Below the pieces are notes generated by a model. It did not search any database and was not told where the DNA came from. It saw only the letters and a list, made by a program, of their open reading frames with translations. Shown one piece after another: positions 1 to 11,505 of a DNA stretch of 64,000 bases; position 1 is the first letter of the stretch; each line of letters begins with the position of its first letter. Origin of the DNA: Camelus dromedarius (Eukaryota); assembly GCF_036321535.1 (NCBI RefSeq), contig NC_087437.1:116872001-116936000 (forward strand). The letters are read 5' to 3'. The translations under genes and the position numbers were made by a program.

Positions 1-809
1 GAGGCTGGGAAGCTGCCGGGCTTCAGAAGACAGGGAGGGTCCTACCCTGCCCCCACCAGGCTGAGTCTGTGGTCAGAGAGAAGGGGAATGCCTGGCAGGT
101 GCTGGAGAGGAGCCTGGGGCAGGGAGGGGAGGGTGTCCTCGGGAGGAGACCCCTGCTGGGGAGCCCTAATGGACAGGACGTGGGGTTGCCTCTGAGTCTG
201 AGCCCGGTCGTGGACATAGCATCTGATGGCCCAGCCCAAACCAGCTGGGCAGGTGCACGATGTCACCGCAGCTGATGGAAATCGACCTCAGGTCAGGGAT
301 AAAGGAACACTAAAACAATAAACACAGAGAAAAACGCTTAGGCCAAGGTGATAAGATGGGTGGGTAGTTCCTTGCAGAATTCCTGAAATGTCACAGACAG
401 CCTTCATCTGATTAACAGCTCTACTTACAGAGCTAGCCAGGGACAGGCAGCAAGGATGCAGAGTTGACACTCCTAATCCAGCAGAAGGAAGAATAACTGA
501 AGTTTCTTGGGAATAAAATCTAACAGGTGCTTTACATGTACCATGTAATTAAGCTTCACAGCAGCACATGAGGGATCTGGAGGGATGCCCATTTTACGGA
601 AGAACACAATGAGTCTTCGGATGCTTCAGTAATTTACGCAGGGTCAGGGGTCAAGTACTAACCCTGGGTTATACCCTGGGTGAGCTGCAGGTGCCCGCAT
701 TGGCCAGGATCTGATCCTTCCCCAGGCAGCTTGACTTCGGGTTTGGGGGGCAGGAGGGTACTGTGTTAAGAACTGGGACTTGGAACCACACTGCCTGGCC
801 CCTGATTGT

Positions 810-945
810 TTTTCCTCTCTCTGCCTCAGCGTCCTCAGCTGTAACATGGGGATAAAGCCTGTATCACGGAGTTTGTGAGGAGTCACTGAACTCGCGCGCG
901 GAAGTCCGGGAGCGAGGACCAGCGCACGGCGCATGCTCGGTATGC
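810..945 (+). mobile_element. MIR SINE (core and 3' part), unusually GC/CpG-rich
   Basis: 'tctctctgcctcagcgtcctcagctgtaacatggggataa...tttgtgagga' matches the MIR core CTCTGTGCCTCAGTTTCCTCATCTGTAAAATGGGGATAA. Confidence 0.7.
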
Positions 946-1302
946 GCGGGCTCTTGGATCCACATTCTTTCAGTCCCAACTTGCTTGTTGAGTAGCTTTG
1001 TGACCTTGAGCAACTCACTTTCTTTGCAACCCCGCAGGAAAAAAGATGACCACCTTTCAGGGAGCCAATTGCACAGTTGGTAAATACCCAACTTCCAAGA
1101 AAGGGGATCCCCCAAGGAAGAGAGAACTTCTGGGCCCCTCCTGGGAGTGTCCCGTGCGCAGAATCCTACTTTCTGGCTGTCGGTCTTTGGTTTGTCTGTC
1201 ATTCAGAAGGGCCAGGACTGGGAAAATATTTCATCGCTCCACCTCGTTGCTCAGAAGCTTCTCGTCTGGAGATAATATTTTACAAAGGAAGGGGGCATTT
1301 TC

Positions 1303-1473
1303 TTTTTTTTTTTTAATTGAAGTAGAGTTGATTTACAGTGTTGTGTTAGTTTCAGGTGTACAGCAGAGTGATTCAGTTACACATATATATATTCTTTTTC
1401 AGAGTCTTTTCCATTGTAAGTTATTACAAGACAGTGAACATAGTTCCTCGTGCTGCACAGTAGGTCCCTGTTG
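1303..1473 (-). mobile_element. L1 3' UTR end (young, cetartiodactyl type), 5'-truncated
   Basis: Poly-T then 'aattgaagtagagttgatttacagtgttgtgttagtttcaggtgtacagc'; degenerate TSD ggaagggggcattttc (1287-1302) / ggaaggagtattttc (1477-1491). Confidence 0.9.
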
Positions 1474-2439
1474 CTAGGAAGGAGTATTTTCTAAAATAAA
1501 GTCCCAGAATCACTGGAAGTCCTTTTAGAAGCAAGGGTGAAAGGTCAGCATGGCTTACACGGCTGGGATGGTCACACGCATTGGTGACCCTGTTCACATC
1601 ACTGCAGTGTGGGGTATAATGGTGTGATTCAGGGTGTGTGTCGTGTGTGCGTGCAGGTGTGCCCATGTGTGTGCGAGTGTGTGATGGCCTCGGGGAAGCC
1701 TCCTGTCTAGGGGCACAAATTCACCCACATTGACTAGGACAACCCTGGATGAAAACCAGTTCAGGGACATCCAAGTCAAGTACCACAGCTCTGAGGTTGG
1801 CTGTGGGAATTTGCCAGACAGCAGCATCCGTTACCAAGGAAACCACAGTGTCACCACCACGTGAAAGCACTTGACTCACACCTGCACTGGCTCACCTCTT
1901 CCCCGGCAGCCTCACCCAAGATGCACGTTTGTGCATGTCAACTAGCCCATTTCTCAGCTGAGGAAACTGAGGCAGCTCAGAGCCGGGCCCTGCTGGAGGT
2001 GACGTGATGAGAGACGGAGCTTCAAAAGCCCAGTTCTCCAGTCCAGCAACCCCCTAGGCAGAGCCCTTCCGGGCAGAGGCATCAGGGAGACACTGCAGGG
2101 TTGCCACTCCTCGGAGTAATTCCGTCCTTTTCCTCTGCGCTGAAGTCCCTCCCACCCCCACTCCCTCCATCTCCCTTGTCCCTTAAACACATGCAGCTAC
2201 TATGACTGGACACAAAGGAAAAGAACCACCACTACACACCAAGGTGTGTGCCCGGCTTGGGACGCAAACCGAGCCAGGCCTCCTGGTTGAGTGTCTCACC
2301 TGCCACCACCTGCAGAGGCCTCCCCAGAGAGGAAACCCGGGAGGTAAGGGGAGCCTGGGTCGCTTCCCTGCCATTACTGGAATGCGTTTCCTTTTATGCT
2401 TGTGGACACCCGAGTCCCTGGAAAAATGGCCTCTCCGCC

Positions 2440-2828
2440 GTATTGGTTTCCCAGGGCTGCACAACAGAGAGACACCACACCGCCTGGGGCCAGAAGTGTG
2501 ACGTCCAGGTGCCAGCAGGGCCAGCAAGGCCGTGGGGAGGGCCTTTCCTGCCTCCTCCGCTCTTCCCACTTCTGGGGACTGCCGGCCCTCCTCGGTGCTC
2601 CCTGGCCTGTGGCTGCAGCCCTCCGCCCTGTCTCCATCCTGACGTGGCCTTCATCCCCGTGGGTCTCTGTGCCCTCTCCTCTTCTTATGACGACATCGGT
2701 CGCTGGATTTAGGACCCACCCTCATCCAGCATGACCTCATCTCGACTTAACTAATTACACCTGCGAAGACCCTATTTCTAAATAAGGTCACAAGCTGAGG
2801 CTCTGGGTGGATGTGAATTTAGGGGAGG
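2440..2828 (-). mobile_element. MLT1-family (ERVL-MaLR) solo LTR
   Basis: 'ggatttaggacccaccctcatccagcatgacctcatctcgacttaactaattacacctgcgaagaccctatttctaaataaggtcaca' is the reverse complement of the MLT1 5' part. Confidence 0.85.
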
Positions 2829-3477
2829 CGTCAGCTGATCAGTGCCCTACATCCTGCCCTCCGCCATGGCTCTCCTTAAAACAAGCAGCTGGAGAAGACC
2901 ACGCAGAGGGCCATCCGGTCGGCACCCCAGGCCCTGGAGGAGACGAGCCACTCCATCACCAGGAAGGCTGGGGAAGGGCGGCCTGGTCCCTGCGCCCTCA
3001 TCTCTCAGCGCTTTTAGCACAAGCGTTGCACATTCCATACAAAGAGCCGAGAGCCTTCCATGTGTGTAACACCCCATCCCTTCCCACAGCTACAGAGCCT
3101 TTGGTGAGGCAGAACATGGGTGACCCCCCAATTTTTCCCACATATTCAGACATGACAGAAACTCCCAAATTTCTACAGGGCATGGATAGGGGAGGAGAAG
3201 GGTGGGATGAGGGACTCAGGCCGCCCTCAGGGCACCCCGCCCTGCTTCCTGGGGTCTGCACATGCTGGGAAGACACGGCTCTGTAGCACCCACGGCCCTC
3301 GCGCCTCAGAGCCTGCCTTGTACAGCAGGTCAGGCAACTCACCTTCCAGCTGAGTTTCTGAGTAGACGGCCTCCCAGGTTAGACGGCTCTCCAGGGCAGA
3401 AGTCCTGGCTGGGCTTCTGGGCTTTACAGCGCTGGGCAAGTGGGTTCACCCTCAGCCACAGTTTTCCCACTGGACGT

Positions 3478-4090
3478 TGAAATGAGGGTAGGACACACCC
3501 GGAAGGAAGGGCTGGCCTGGAACGGCCGGTGGCGACAACAGCAGTGAGGGCTCCACACCGCTCTGCGCAGCGCGCAACTGAGCAGGAGGGGACGGGCGGC
3601 CACAACCACTGAAAGGCTGTCCCAGCAGTCGGCACCGAGACGGCGGGACAGTCCTCTCCCGGCGGGCCTGAGCTTCGTTATCCGCTCGCTGTAACACAAG
3701 AGCTGCTGAATGGCCCTCCCACAGGTGCCAGGACAGGTCCCAGGCTGAGCATAAAAGGCCAGAAAGTGAGGGTGGCCCAGTTCCTGGGAACCTCCGCCCC
3801 TTCGCCAAAGCAGCTGGACTGTTCCTCCCACTTGTTAGCGGACGAAGTTGCTGAGCCCATAAAAACGAACAGCCCGCGCCTCATGGCCGCGCTCCCTTCT
3901 GAGTGCGACGGCCCACGCTCTGTCTGTGGAGTGTGGATCTCTCTGAATAAATCTGCCTTCACTCTACTATACCTGCTCTTGAATTCTTTCCTGCCTGAAG
4001 CCAAGGACCCTCACTTGGTGAGGCACCTTCCAGGGACTCACCTGGGACCTGGGACACGGCCTTCCTCTCGCCCCACATTTTCCTGCATCA
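3478..4090 (+). mobile_element. ERV1-like solo LTR
   Basis: TATA-like CATAAAAA at 3858-3865, AATAAA at 3946-3951, U5-like 'ttgaattctttcctgcctgaagccaaggaccc', ends in ...tgcatCA at 4090; 5' boundary uncertain. Confidence 0.75.
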
Positions 4091-5055
4091 CGACCATCAG
4101 GCTCGTCGCTGGGCAGAATGAGTCACATGACAGCTGAAATGTGCACCCAGGACAGAAAGGAGGTGGCTGAGAGCAGGTGGCAGCTCCCCAACACAGGGCT
4201 CTGCACGAAGGAGAGCCCCACAGAACAGGATGCCCGGCAGATCACTCAGAAGACACACCAGTCAGCCTGTGGACGAGATTCAAGGTTGAAAGTATGGAGT
4301 ATCCAGGGGACCATTCTACCCTTCAGTGAGTGACCCTGATTGGAAAAAAAAAGAATACTGAGTGAATCTGAGCAGTGAGCCACCATGGCATGGCCAGCTG
4401 ACCCTGGCGAACTCTTGACTCACTTTGAGCTTGAAATGTTCCTCTTTTTTTTAACCCAAGCTAAATTGGGGAGCCAGCCAGCAGCATCCAACTACAGGAA
4501 AGCTCACCCCAGGGCCCCGGCGCCTCCCAGCCCGCCCTGTCCAGCTTCTCACCTGCTCCTTCCTCAGCCGAGAACCCTGCCAGGCTGAGCTGGCCTTCTG
4601 TATCGCCCAGCTGACAAGATTCAGAGCCTCATGTAGACACACAACCGCACAGGGCTTCACACCTAAGCACTGAGGTCCCCACAGCCCACAGCCACTTGGT
4701 GAGGAGAGGACTCAAGGTTCAAATCCAGCCCCTTCCAGCACCGCTCCCATCCTTACTTCCTCATTACTCTTAAGAGTAGGTGAAGAACTCAGGATGTTTC
4801 TAGCGTGGACTAATGTTTCTGAGGCTGGCTTCTACGGGTTGCGTCTTTTCCAAAAGAATGTTTCACTGACAATAGGAGTGTAAAACAAAAGTTCTCCAGA
4901 CGCAAATTCACAGCTGAAAGATAGTCATAGAATGAGACCAGCTCAGTGCTTTACGAATGAGAGAACTCACGATTTTTCCTCCTTTACACGGGATCTCAGT
5001 GTCACTCAAATTTGAAGGGAAAAAAAAAAAAAATAACACGATATGAGCCTTAATC

Positions 5056-5225
5056 CAGTGGTTCTCAAAATGTTTTCTACCCAGCTCCAGCAGCAGCACC
5101 TGGGAGCTTGTCAGAAATGCAGACTCGTGGGCCTCACTCCAGACCTTCTGAATCAGAAACTGAAACTTGGGTTTTAAAAGCCCTGCAGGGGATTCTGCAG
5201 AGAACTTGAGCCTGAGAACCCAATG
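5056..5225. mobile_element. MER5A (hAT-Charlie MITE)
   Basis: 'cagtggttctcaaa...cacctgggagcttgtcagaaatgcagactc...tctgaatcagaaact...tgagaacc' with terminal inverted repeats. Confidence 0.85.
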
Positions 5226-5340
5226 AACTGTTCTGCTGGAACCTGGAATTCTGGAAGATCTTGCCACATTTCGTTGAACCCCGGGGCATTTCTGCACATA
5301 CATTCACCTGCTGCCTCTTTCCCTTTGGAATGGGTCCTCC

Positions 5341-5531
5341 TTTTGTTTTTAAAATCCTTATATTTTATTGACGTGTAGTTGATTTACAATGTTGGTTTCA
5401 GGTGCACAGCAAAGCGAGTCAGTTATACATGTACATACATATGTATTTTTTCTTTTCAGATTCTTTTCCATTATATGTTATTACAAGAAATTGAATATAG
5501 TTCCCTGTGCTATACAGTAGGTCCCTTGTTG
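5341..5531 (-). mobile_element. L1 3' UTR end (young)
   Basis: 'tagttgatttacaatgttggtttcaggtgcacagcaaagcgagtcag...ttccctgtgctatacagtaggtcc'. Confidence 0.9.
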
Positions 5532-5644
5532 TCCCCTTTGACCAATCACATAACCACCTCAGATCCCAAGACAGGTTTCAGCATAACTCCTGGTACCACT
5601 TTATGATGGAGTAAATCTAATCCACACAGCTCACATCACTCACT

Positions 5645-5810
5645 GAGCACTTAATCCTCTCAACAAACTTGGAGATTTAAAAAAAAAAAAAAACTACCAT
5701 TAACCAAACTTCACAGATGAGAATAAAAGGGGCCCAGAGAGGTTAAGCCCCTTGCCCAAAGTCACACAGCTGATCGGGACAGAGTTGGAGCTGGAGCCCA
5801 CATTGCCTGA
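5645..5810 (-). mobile_element. MIR SINE
   Basis: 'ttcacagatgagaa...cccagagaggttaagccccttgcccaaagtcacacagct'. Confidence 0.75.
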
Positions 5811-8339
5811 TCCCCACTCCTACAAGCTGGAGAAATTGTTGTTCAGAGGTGCTTTCTAGAATAGAATAGACACCTGTCCCGAGAGGGGCTTCAGAGGAAA
5901 TCAAGCCCCACCCTGAAGGCCTGGGGTTGAGGGTAACGCCCAAGGTCCCCGCACAGAGCCAGGATTGCACCACGATGTCTCCGACTTCTCGGCTGGTCCT
6001 CCTCCCGCACCACAGTGCACTTTCCACTTAGAAAAGCCACAGGCCCTGGACGGCAGGGGAGGGGCCAGCTCTGAGGTCAGGGGTCCACGGGCACGCTGTG
6101 ACACTTCCAAAGCTGTCATGGTTCCCAGAATGCAAGAACTACAGAACCGACCTAATGTGAGCAAGAGAACTTTAGGATTCTAAGCAATAGTGAGCCAAGT
6201 AACTGTCTTCTTTGGAGAGGAATATTCTGAGAGGAGTAGCTCTCGCGATCATTCAGGCCTCTCTGAGGAGGCCCTGACTCTGCCAGCACCTTCCAGCCTG
6301 GGCGCTGCGCTGAGCAGGTGAAAACCTCCTCTTACTTTCTCTTCCCTGCCACTCTGCCCCTTTTGTTTTCAGGTGCTGCTGCCCCCACCCCACTCCTGCA
6401 CCCCTCCCCAGTCTCTGCACATCTTCTGCTCTACAAAGGCTGAGTTCCCATTTTTTTCATTCTAGAATATTCTAACACAATTGGCTCTCTCCTCTATCCC
6501 TGGGATCCAGGACGGGATTTCAAGCTCTAACCGTTTTCCTGGCCCTGCCTGTTTTTTCCTTAATAAAGTGTGCCTCTGGGTGTCCTTATTCACATCCACC
6601 TTTGTGTCCTAAATGACTGTTTCTCCCTGGGCAACCACAACATAGGTTTTCAGCAGAGATTTGTTTTTCCCCAAAACACTTGATCTTGGGATCCAGCCCT
6701 TCTGGTCCTGATATGGTGTCATCTTAACAATCTGCCTGCATTTTGCACCCTCACGACACAGGGCACCCATGCCCAGGCATCTTCTCTGCCCCTCAAGAGG
6801 CCTTAAAACTACCCCGGGAAGACGAGACATATATTCACCCAACGTGAAATCCAGAAACACAGTGGGCTCACTGAGCAGCCTACATACCTCCCATCCTGAG
6901 CAAACCACAGGCCTGGGCTTGGAAAGCACAGAATGAGGACAAAATACAGATCCAGACGTCCATCAAGCATTGTCTGAAAGCTCAACACGTACGATGAACT
7001 GTTTTGCAATCATATGTCAGTGCTTTTAGGATGGACAAAACCCAAATTCCTTGAAAGGGTTACGAATTTATAACAATCAATACCTTTATAATGAATTTTG
7101 ACAGTCAATACCTTTTCTCAGTCAACAAATGCCAAAGCCCTAATGGCCTTCACTATGTGTTGACCTCACAAGGGACACTTATTTTCCAAAGACTGGCCCT
7201 GGTCTGGGCAGTAGACGTCTTGGGAGGTCAAAGTGTGGGAGGGGTGGCGACAGGCTCTCGGGGAAGGGACTTCTGGGCTTTTTTTTCCCACCCCAGCCAC
7301 GCTGTTGCCTGTTGGCATCTGAAGATCAGGGCAGCCGTTCGCTCGGGCAGGTGTGACCTCTCAGAACGCAGCTGCCCCGACCTTCCCCAGCACCTCCAGG
7401 CCTTACTCGCTTCCCACCTGGCCGGCCCAGATGGGTGGACTGAAAATGCAGCCCCTGCAGCCCAAAGCCTCACCTGGGGACGCAGACAGGCCTGGCGGGG
7501 TGACCTCCATCTGGGTGCAGAGTGCCGTCTGCATGTCCTGTCCTCATCCTGGCAAGCCCCTGTCACCCTTCCACTGAGGAAAACAGATTTGCTTTTTGGA
7601 GCTTCTGCAGTGCTTGGGGATGGGAGCCAGGGAGTTGGAAAGGAAGTGGAATCACCTGAAATGCCCACAGGCGGGCTCCTCTGCACAAACAACGCCATGC
7701 TGGGAAGGTTCCAGCAGTTCTTGCTGCCCCAGAAGTATGTAAATTATGTCAATAAAATCACGTGGCCCCGATCGAACTGGAACTCCCGAGATGGGAAAAG
7801 AGAGCTGAGGGGCCAGCCCCACAGGCCCCCAAAATAGAAATTTCAGAATATTCAGACCCGGAAGCTCACCCTAAGCTCACCCTCAGGGGCCCTGAAGGGA
7901 TTGTGTGAAGATGGAGAGCCGCCTCAAGCTGGCTCCTGTCCTCCGATTCCTGGCGCGTGTCCTCTTCCTGCCTTGATGGACAGAACCTGACCCCCTACGG
8001 GTCCCTGAAGCCGGGTCTCCTCCCCAAGCTCAGGGTCACGTTGCACCAGCGCCCACCTGGCCGCCTGGCCTCCCAGCCGACATCACCCCCGCCAGTCACT
8101 CCCCCGCTCTGCATCTTTACTCCCCTCACTTCCAGGGTGCACCCAGGCTCCAGAGGGTAGCTCACGAGGCCGTGTCCCACCCTCTACCACCGTCGCCAGC
8201 ACCTCCCCCCACACTCCCACCAAAGGTGTATTATTCATTTTAAATGTTTTTGATGTTATTCAAAAAATCTCCTCCACTAGTTTCCTGAATAAAAGAATGA
8301 ATGGATGGATGGATGGATGCTTTCTGCTCTCAGAGCTCT

Positions 8340-8800
8340 GACTCTGCGGGCGCATCAGCAAACCACCACTGCCGGGAGCCCGCCTGCTTCAGCGCATCAG
8401 CTCAGCCGGACGCGCCCCCGGACAGAGGGTCCTCTCCTGGGACAGCGCCAGATGTTCTCACGGCAGCCCTCGCGGGCTCTGCCTGGGGGCTGCTTTATAG
8501 ACAGACTCCCACAGGGACAGGTGTGGAGGCGCTCAAGGGGCCCGCGGGGAACCGCTCCTCCCCGGCGAGCTGTCACTCCCCGCTTCCCCAGACTCGGTTT
8601 CAGGCAAAGCAAACCATTCCCTTTATAAGACGTGCCGGCGAGGCAGCCCGACCCACGGCTGAGAGCAAAGCCGCCGGCAGAAGCGGTCCATCCGCGGGAA
8701 GGGGCCCCCCGCGGGGCTCGCCCAGAGCAGCGGTGAGGCTTCTGCCCCTCGGAGCATTCTGGGAGCGGCTGCTCTGGGAGTCGCCTTCAGGGTTGGGCTC
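8340..8800. promoter_or_regulatory. CpG-rich non-repetitive segment; candidate promoter or enhancer
   Basis: High GC with many retained CpGs; TTTATAG at 8494-8500 and TTTATAA at 8622-8628; E-boxes CAGATG and CAGGTG; flanked by (ATGG)n and (CA)n. Confidence 0.45.
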
Positions 8801-8827
8801 ATGAGACCTGCCTGCTGCAACGACGCA

Positions 8828-8882
8828 GCACACACGTACACACTCACACATACACACACTCGTACACACACTCACACTCACA
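8828..8882. repeat. Degenerate (CA)n microsatellite
   Basis: cacacacgtacacactcacacatacacacactcgtacacacactcacactcaca. Confidence 0.9.
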
Positions 8883-11021
8883 TTGACATCCTTCCCGTGG
8901 CATCTCCCCTTCCAACTCAGGACGCGTCTGCAGGACATGTGTACGTGGGGATGCAGGATGCTTCGAAGGGCACACCCATCAGGAGACAGTTTTCATGATC
9001 CTTCAGAAGCAGCCATTTGTCACTGAAAGTGGTGACAAGAAGCAGGATGAACCGAGTGGGGCGGTGAGGTGGGCGGCTTCCTGGATGCAGGTGAACCCAC
9101 CAAACGAAAGGATGGGGTGTTGCTCTGGGGCCATGACAGTTGCCCCACTGTCACCAGCCCTGGCCTGTTTACAGACTTCTGTCCCTACCTTGTCCCTAGG
9201 GACACACAGCAGGCAGACAGACCCAGGAGGGTTAAGAAAGGGCATGGCTTTTGTGTCATAAGTTTCAGAAAGAGACATGACTTCACTCATTTCGAGGGTT
9301 CCCTGTGAAAAAAAGCATGTGTGCCCCATTCCTGAGAGTGTTTTAAAACTCACAGAAGTGAATGTTTTTACGTGAAAATGTCATACATCAGAGGGGGTGG
9401 CTCTGGAGTTTCTTTCTTTCTGTCTCTAACTTCACTATCGTTTCATACTTTTAAATAATTTTAACCAAAGGGGAAACATCACTCCCTCTTCTCCGACCTT
9501 CCAAGTGGGCCCTGGGTCACATCCTGTCTCCGTGGCGGGGAGGCCAGCGCTCTCCACTACTGCATCCGCTGACGCACTGTCACCAAACGTCCCGGAGACC
9601 AACTTCAAGGGGCTGAGGGGTCTGGCCCTCGCGTCAACCTGCTAGGTCGCCACGCCATGCTTTCCACGAAAACAAAGCTTCCAGCGAGATGACTAACACC
9701 CAGAGAGCTGCATTTCCTGGCTACCCGGGGTGGGCACACCAGCCGCAATAGAAATCTCGTGAGCGGTCACCAACGTACAAAGGAGAAGTGAGCAGCCTGC
9801 CCACTGGGCTGGTTTTTGCTTTCCTGGAAAGTTTACTGTGAACACCCCTGTGCTGAAGTCATCTTACGATATTAGTAAGCACAGTTTACTCAGAGCCGCT
9901 GGCGTTTCTGAGCTGCTGGAGTCCAGTGAATGTCACGAAGTCCATTTTCCTCCTGGAATGAAATTTTCCATCTTCTCTGGGTTAGGGTTGCCCGGTTGAA
10001 ACCACTTCCTTTCTTGCTCCGCAGCCGGAGGTTGTCAGCTTACTCTCCGACTGGCGTGTCCGTCGGTGAATCACACAGACTCAGAGTCAAGCCACAGCTT
10101 TTGTTTTCTTCTAATGTTTGGAATAAGCTCCTTCCTCAGGGCCTCTGGTCCCTCTCAGGTTCACTGGATCCCATTTTTGGAAACTAATCAGTTTTCTAAA
10201 CCCACCTGCACCCTCTCGCCTGGGTTCTCCAGAGCCACTTTTATGGACATCCACCAAAAAAAAAAAAAAAAAAAAAAAATCCTGGTAAGATGAACCTTTT
10301 ACGCCATGGCAGGACCCTGTCGTGCCTCAGTGAACCTTTGAGATAACCAGAGTTCCTGGACCTAAACCTCCCTGCACAGGGTAGCAGAAGGGCGATCAAA
10401 ATGAAGAGTTGGACAAGCGAGTTTCCATGTTTGGATCCACTGGACCAAGGAGTCACCTCCATTCTTGGTTTGAAAAAATACCCGTGAGCCAGCACCTGGG
10501 CTTTGCTGAAAGGTCCTCTCACGTGGAAGGGGGCATCACTGTTTTTCTTTTGTGTGGGAAGCGAACTGATCACGAGAAAGCTTATCCAGTGGACACACCA
10601 CTCCCAAGAAGGTTATGGGAAGAAATAAAAGCGCACGAAGGGCTGTGGCTGTGAGCAGACAGGAGGTCACTAAGTATAGTGCAGGCAGCGTGGTGACTAA
10701 TGTGACAGTGGTGATGACTCTCTAACTAGGGGGTGACGCCAGTGCCAACATCCAAACAAAGATAATAACAAGTTGAAGGGGCAGGATCGCCGGCCCTGAG
10801 CATGTTCCTAACCCACCATGTCAGCTCTCTGTACAGCTTATTGAGTTCTCAAAGGCTGGCTTCAAAACTTTCTTGAAAAGGTTTCTCAGCTCTTCCCCGC
10901 CCTTCCTCCACCACCTCCCACCTGACCAGCAAAATCCCCTGCAGAAGTCCTCCAAGATACACGTTAGAAGCTACTCAAGGAAGTTACGTTTATCCAGTTT
11001 AAAAATACTCTTTCCAGAACT

Positions 11022-11505
11022 TGTGGTATGTATATACAATGGAGTATTACTCAGCCATAAAAAAGAGTGAAATAATGCCATTTGCAGCAACATGGATGGA
11101 CCTGGAGATCATCGCACTAAGTGAAGTAACTCAAAGACAAATACTATATGATGTCACTTATATGTGGAATCTAAAATATGATACAAATGAACTTATTTAC
11201 AAAACAGAAACAGACTCACAGACATAGAAAACAAACTTATGGTTACCAGTGGGAGAAGGGGGTGGGAAGGGATAAATTAGGAGTTTGAGATTTGCAGATA
11301 CTAACTACTATATATAAAATAGATAAACAAGTTTCTTCTGTATAGCACAGGGAACTATATTCAATATCTTGTAGTCACCTATAATGAAAAAGGATATAAA
11401 AATGAATATATGTATGTGTATATATGACTGAACTATTATGCTGTACACCAGAAATTGACACAACACTGTAAACTGACTGTACTTCAATAGTTAAAAAATA
11501 AAAAA
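11022..11505 (+). mobile_element. L1 3' end including the ORF2 C-terminus
   Basis: Translates as WYVYTMEYYSAIKKSEIMPFAATWMDLEIIALSEV (L1 ORF2 tail), followed by 3' UTR and A-rich tail. Confidence 0.95.

Noticed and set aside
166..312. Minus-strand acceptor-like site (tgtttattgttttag) near 312
   Set aside because: The downstream frames give no recognisable protein and there is no supporting partner exon
7091..7837. Longest ORF in the track (248 aa, plus strand)
   Set aside because: No recognisable domain; composition is typical of chance ORFs in GC-rich mammalian DNA, and ORFs overlap it on both strands
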